Positions 62,801 to 64,000 of a stretch of DNA of 64,000 nucleotides are shown here, one piece after another. Positions within the stretch are counted from its first letter, which is position 1; each line of letters opens with the position of its first letter. A program made the position numbers and the translations under genes. Source of the stretch: Paragordius varius (taxonomy: Eukaryota > Animalia > Nematomorpha); the NCBI GenBank assembly GCA_964247055.1, contig OZ176056.1:7812001-7876000 (forward strand), read 5' to 3'. The notes beneath the pieces were generated by a model. It had not been told where the DNA came from. It worked only from the letters and a program-made list of their open reading frames with translations, and did no database searches.

Positions 62801-64000
62801 TTATTTTATACCATATTATATAAAATGTTAGCTGGCAAAAAAATTAGGTAAATATTGATTCAATAAAACTATTTGATTTACATACTAGCTACAAATCAAG
62901 ACTATAAATTGAAATAACTTTTCAACCTTGACAAGTTTGGCTCAGGGCCAACAATTTTAACAAAAAAAATTTTTTAAATTTTACTATCACGTACGCAAAC
63001 ACATTTGCGAGCTAAACGCACTTACTCACCCCATTTTTATTTGTATATAATATATAAAAAAATATGTGCTAATCATCTATATAAGAGACTGTTATAAAAA
63101 TGTTAGAAACAGAATTATAATTGTACAAAATAATTTGTTCAATAATCTAAATTCTACATTTTTAGCGTTTTCATTCCCGTAATTAACACTTGTATAATTT
63201 TATTCTAAGATATTATGATCGTCTTATTATTAAGTTCGGTTGAGTTTGACAACTATTCAATCAGATAATGTTTTTCTGAAGAAAAAAAACTTTTTATCAA
63301 TTTATAAAACTCTAATTTAAGTCATAATGATAGACATATTATAGACGCACTATATATTGATTTGTAGATTTATCAAGTTAAGTGCTTTTAACCGTACAGG
63401 ATAACATGAAATATATTTTAAAACATTAAAATATATTCAAAATATCCTAAAACCTAAATTTTGACTTTGCATACCGTAACGAATCCGAATTTATTATATA
63501 TAGCGGCATTCAATCATTCATAAATAATGTCTATTATAAGTTAAAGCTGGGGGCGCACAGTTTAAACTGGATGGGACGCTGGTTTTAAAAAAATCCCTCA
63601 TGTGCATTATGTTAGTAGTTTATTTTGGCCTACCAAAAATTGTGCATTTTTCAATATAGTGTGGAGAAGGTTATGCCAATTTTTTTGAGATAAGGTAACA
63701 GTTGTGGTTACTCTAACGAGGGTTTTATTCAAATATAGCTGCCCAAGGTGTTATTAACAATGTAGAATTGTATTTAAGGATATTTATATTTATCTAAACT
63801 TTTAGGGTAATTTTTTAAATATAAAGAACAATGATTTCCACATCATTTATATTACAAACCCTCGTGGTTACCCACTCAAGAAAAAGAAAGATATCAATAT
63901 AAATAACATTATTCGTAATAACATAACACACATGTTTTTTTAGTTTCATTTCTTAATATATATTTTTAATTTTTAATTTAATTTTTTCGTCAGAGATAAC

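Noticed and set aside
60000-64000. Search for genes or structured RNAs in the last 4 kb
   Set aside because: Only AT-rich sequence with scattered repeat fragments; nothing I can support.

Overview
Very AT-rich eukaryotic (animal-type) genomic DNA with spliceosomal GT-AG introns. I found no rRNA, tRNA, CRISPR array or operon. Eight protein-coding genes were assembled by hand with consistent exon phases: a SMYD5-like SET methyltransferase with two MYND fingers (-, 95-4974), an anoctamin/TMEM16 (+, at least 9781-27381), a RING-H2/coiled-coil gene that the ORF track largely misses (+, 31091-32013), a tandem-BTB/BACK gene (-, about 33850-38512), a Star/FkbM-type methyltransferase (+, 40107-45069), a bacterial-type (class III-like) CPD photolyase (-, 45506-49981), an intronless PTP1B/TC-PTP-like phosphatase (+, 50032-51975) and an orphan secreted glycoprotein (-, 57063-59805). 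Introns and intergenic DNA are filled with MITEs, three copies of a non-autonomous Helitron, and hAT, mariner and RTE-LINE relics. The two main surprises: (1) ultra-short 23-25 nt GT-AG introns (six in the RING gene, one in anoctamin) coexist with kb-scale TE-filled introns; (2) the photolyase looks bacterial but has gained two introns and a basic tail with a PIP-box-like motif, and its start codon is 50 bp from that of the PTP gene. All gene models come from reading the sequence only and need RNA-seq and homology searches to confirm.
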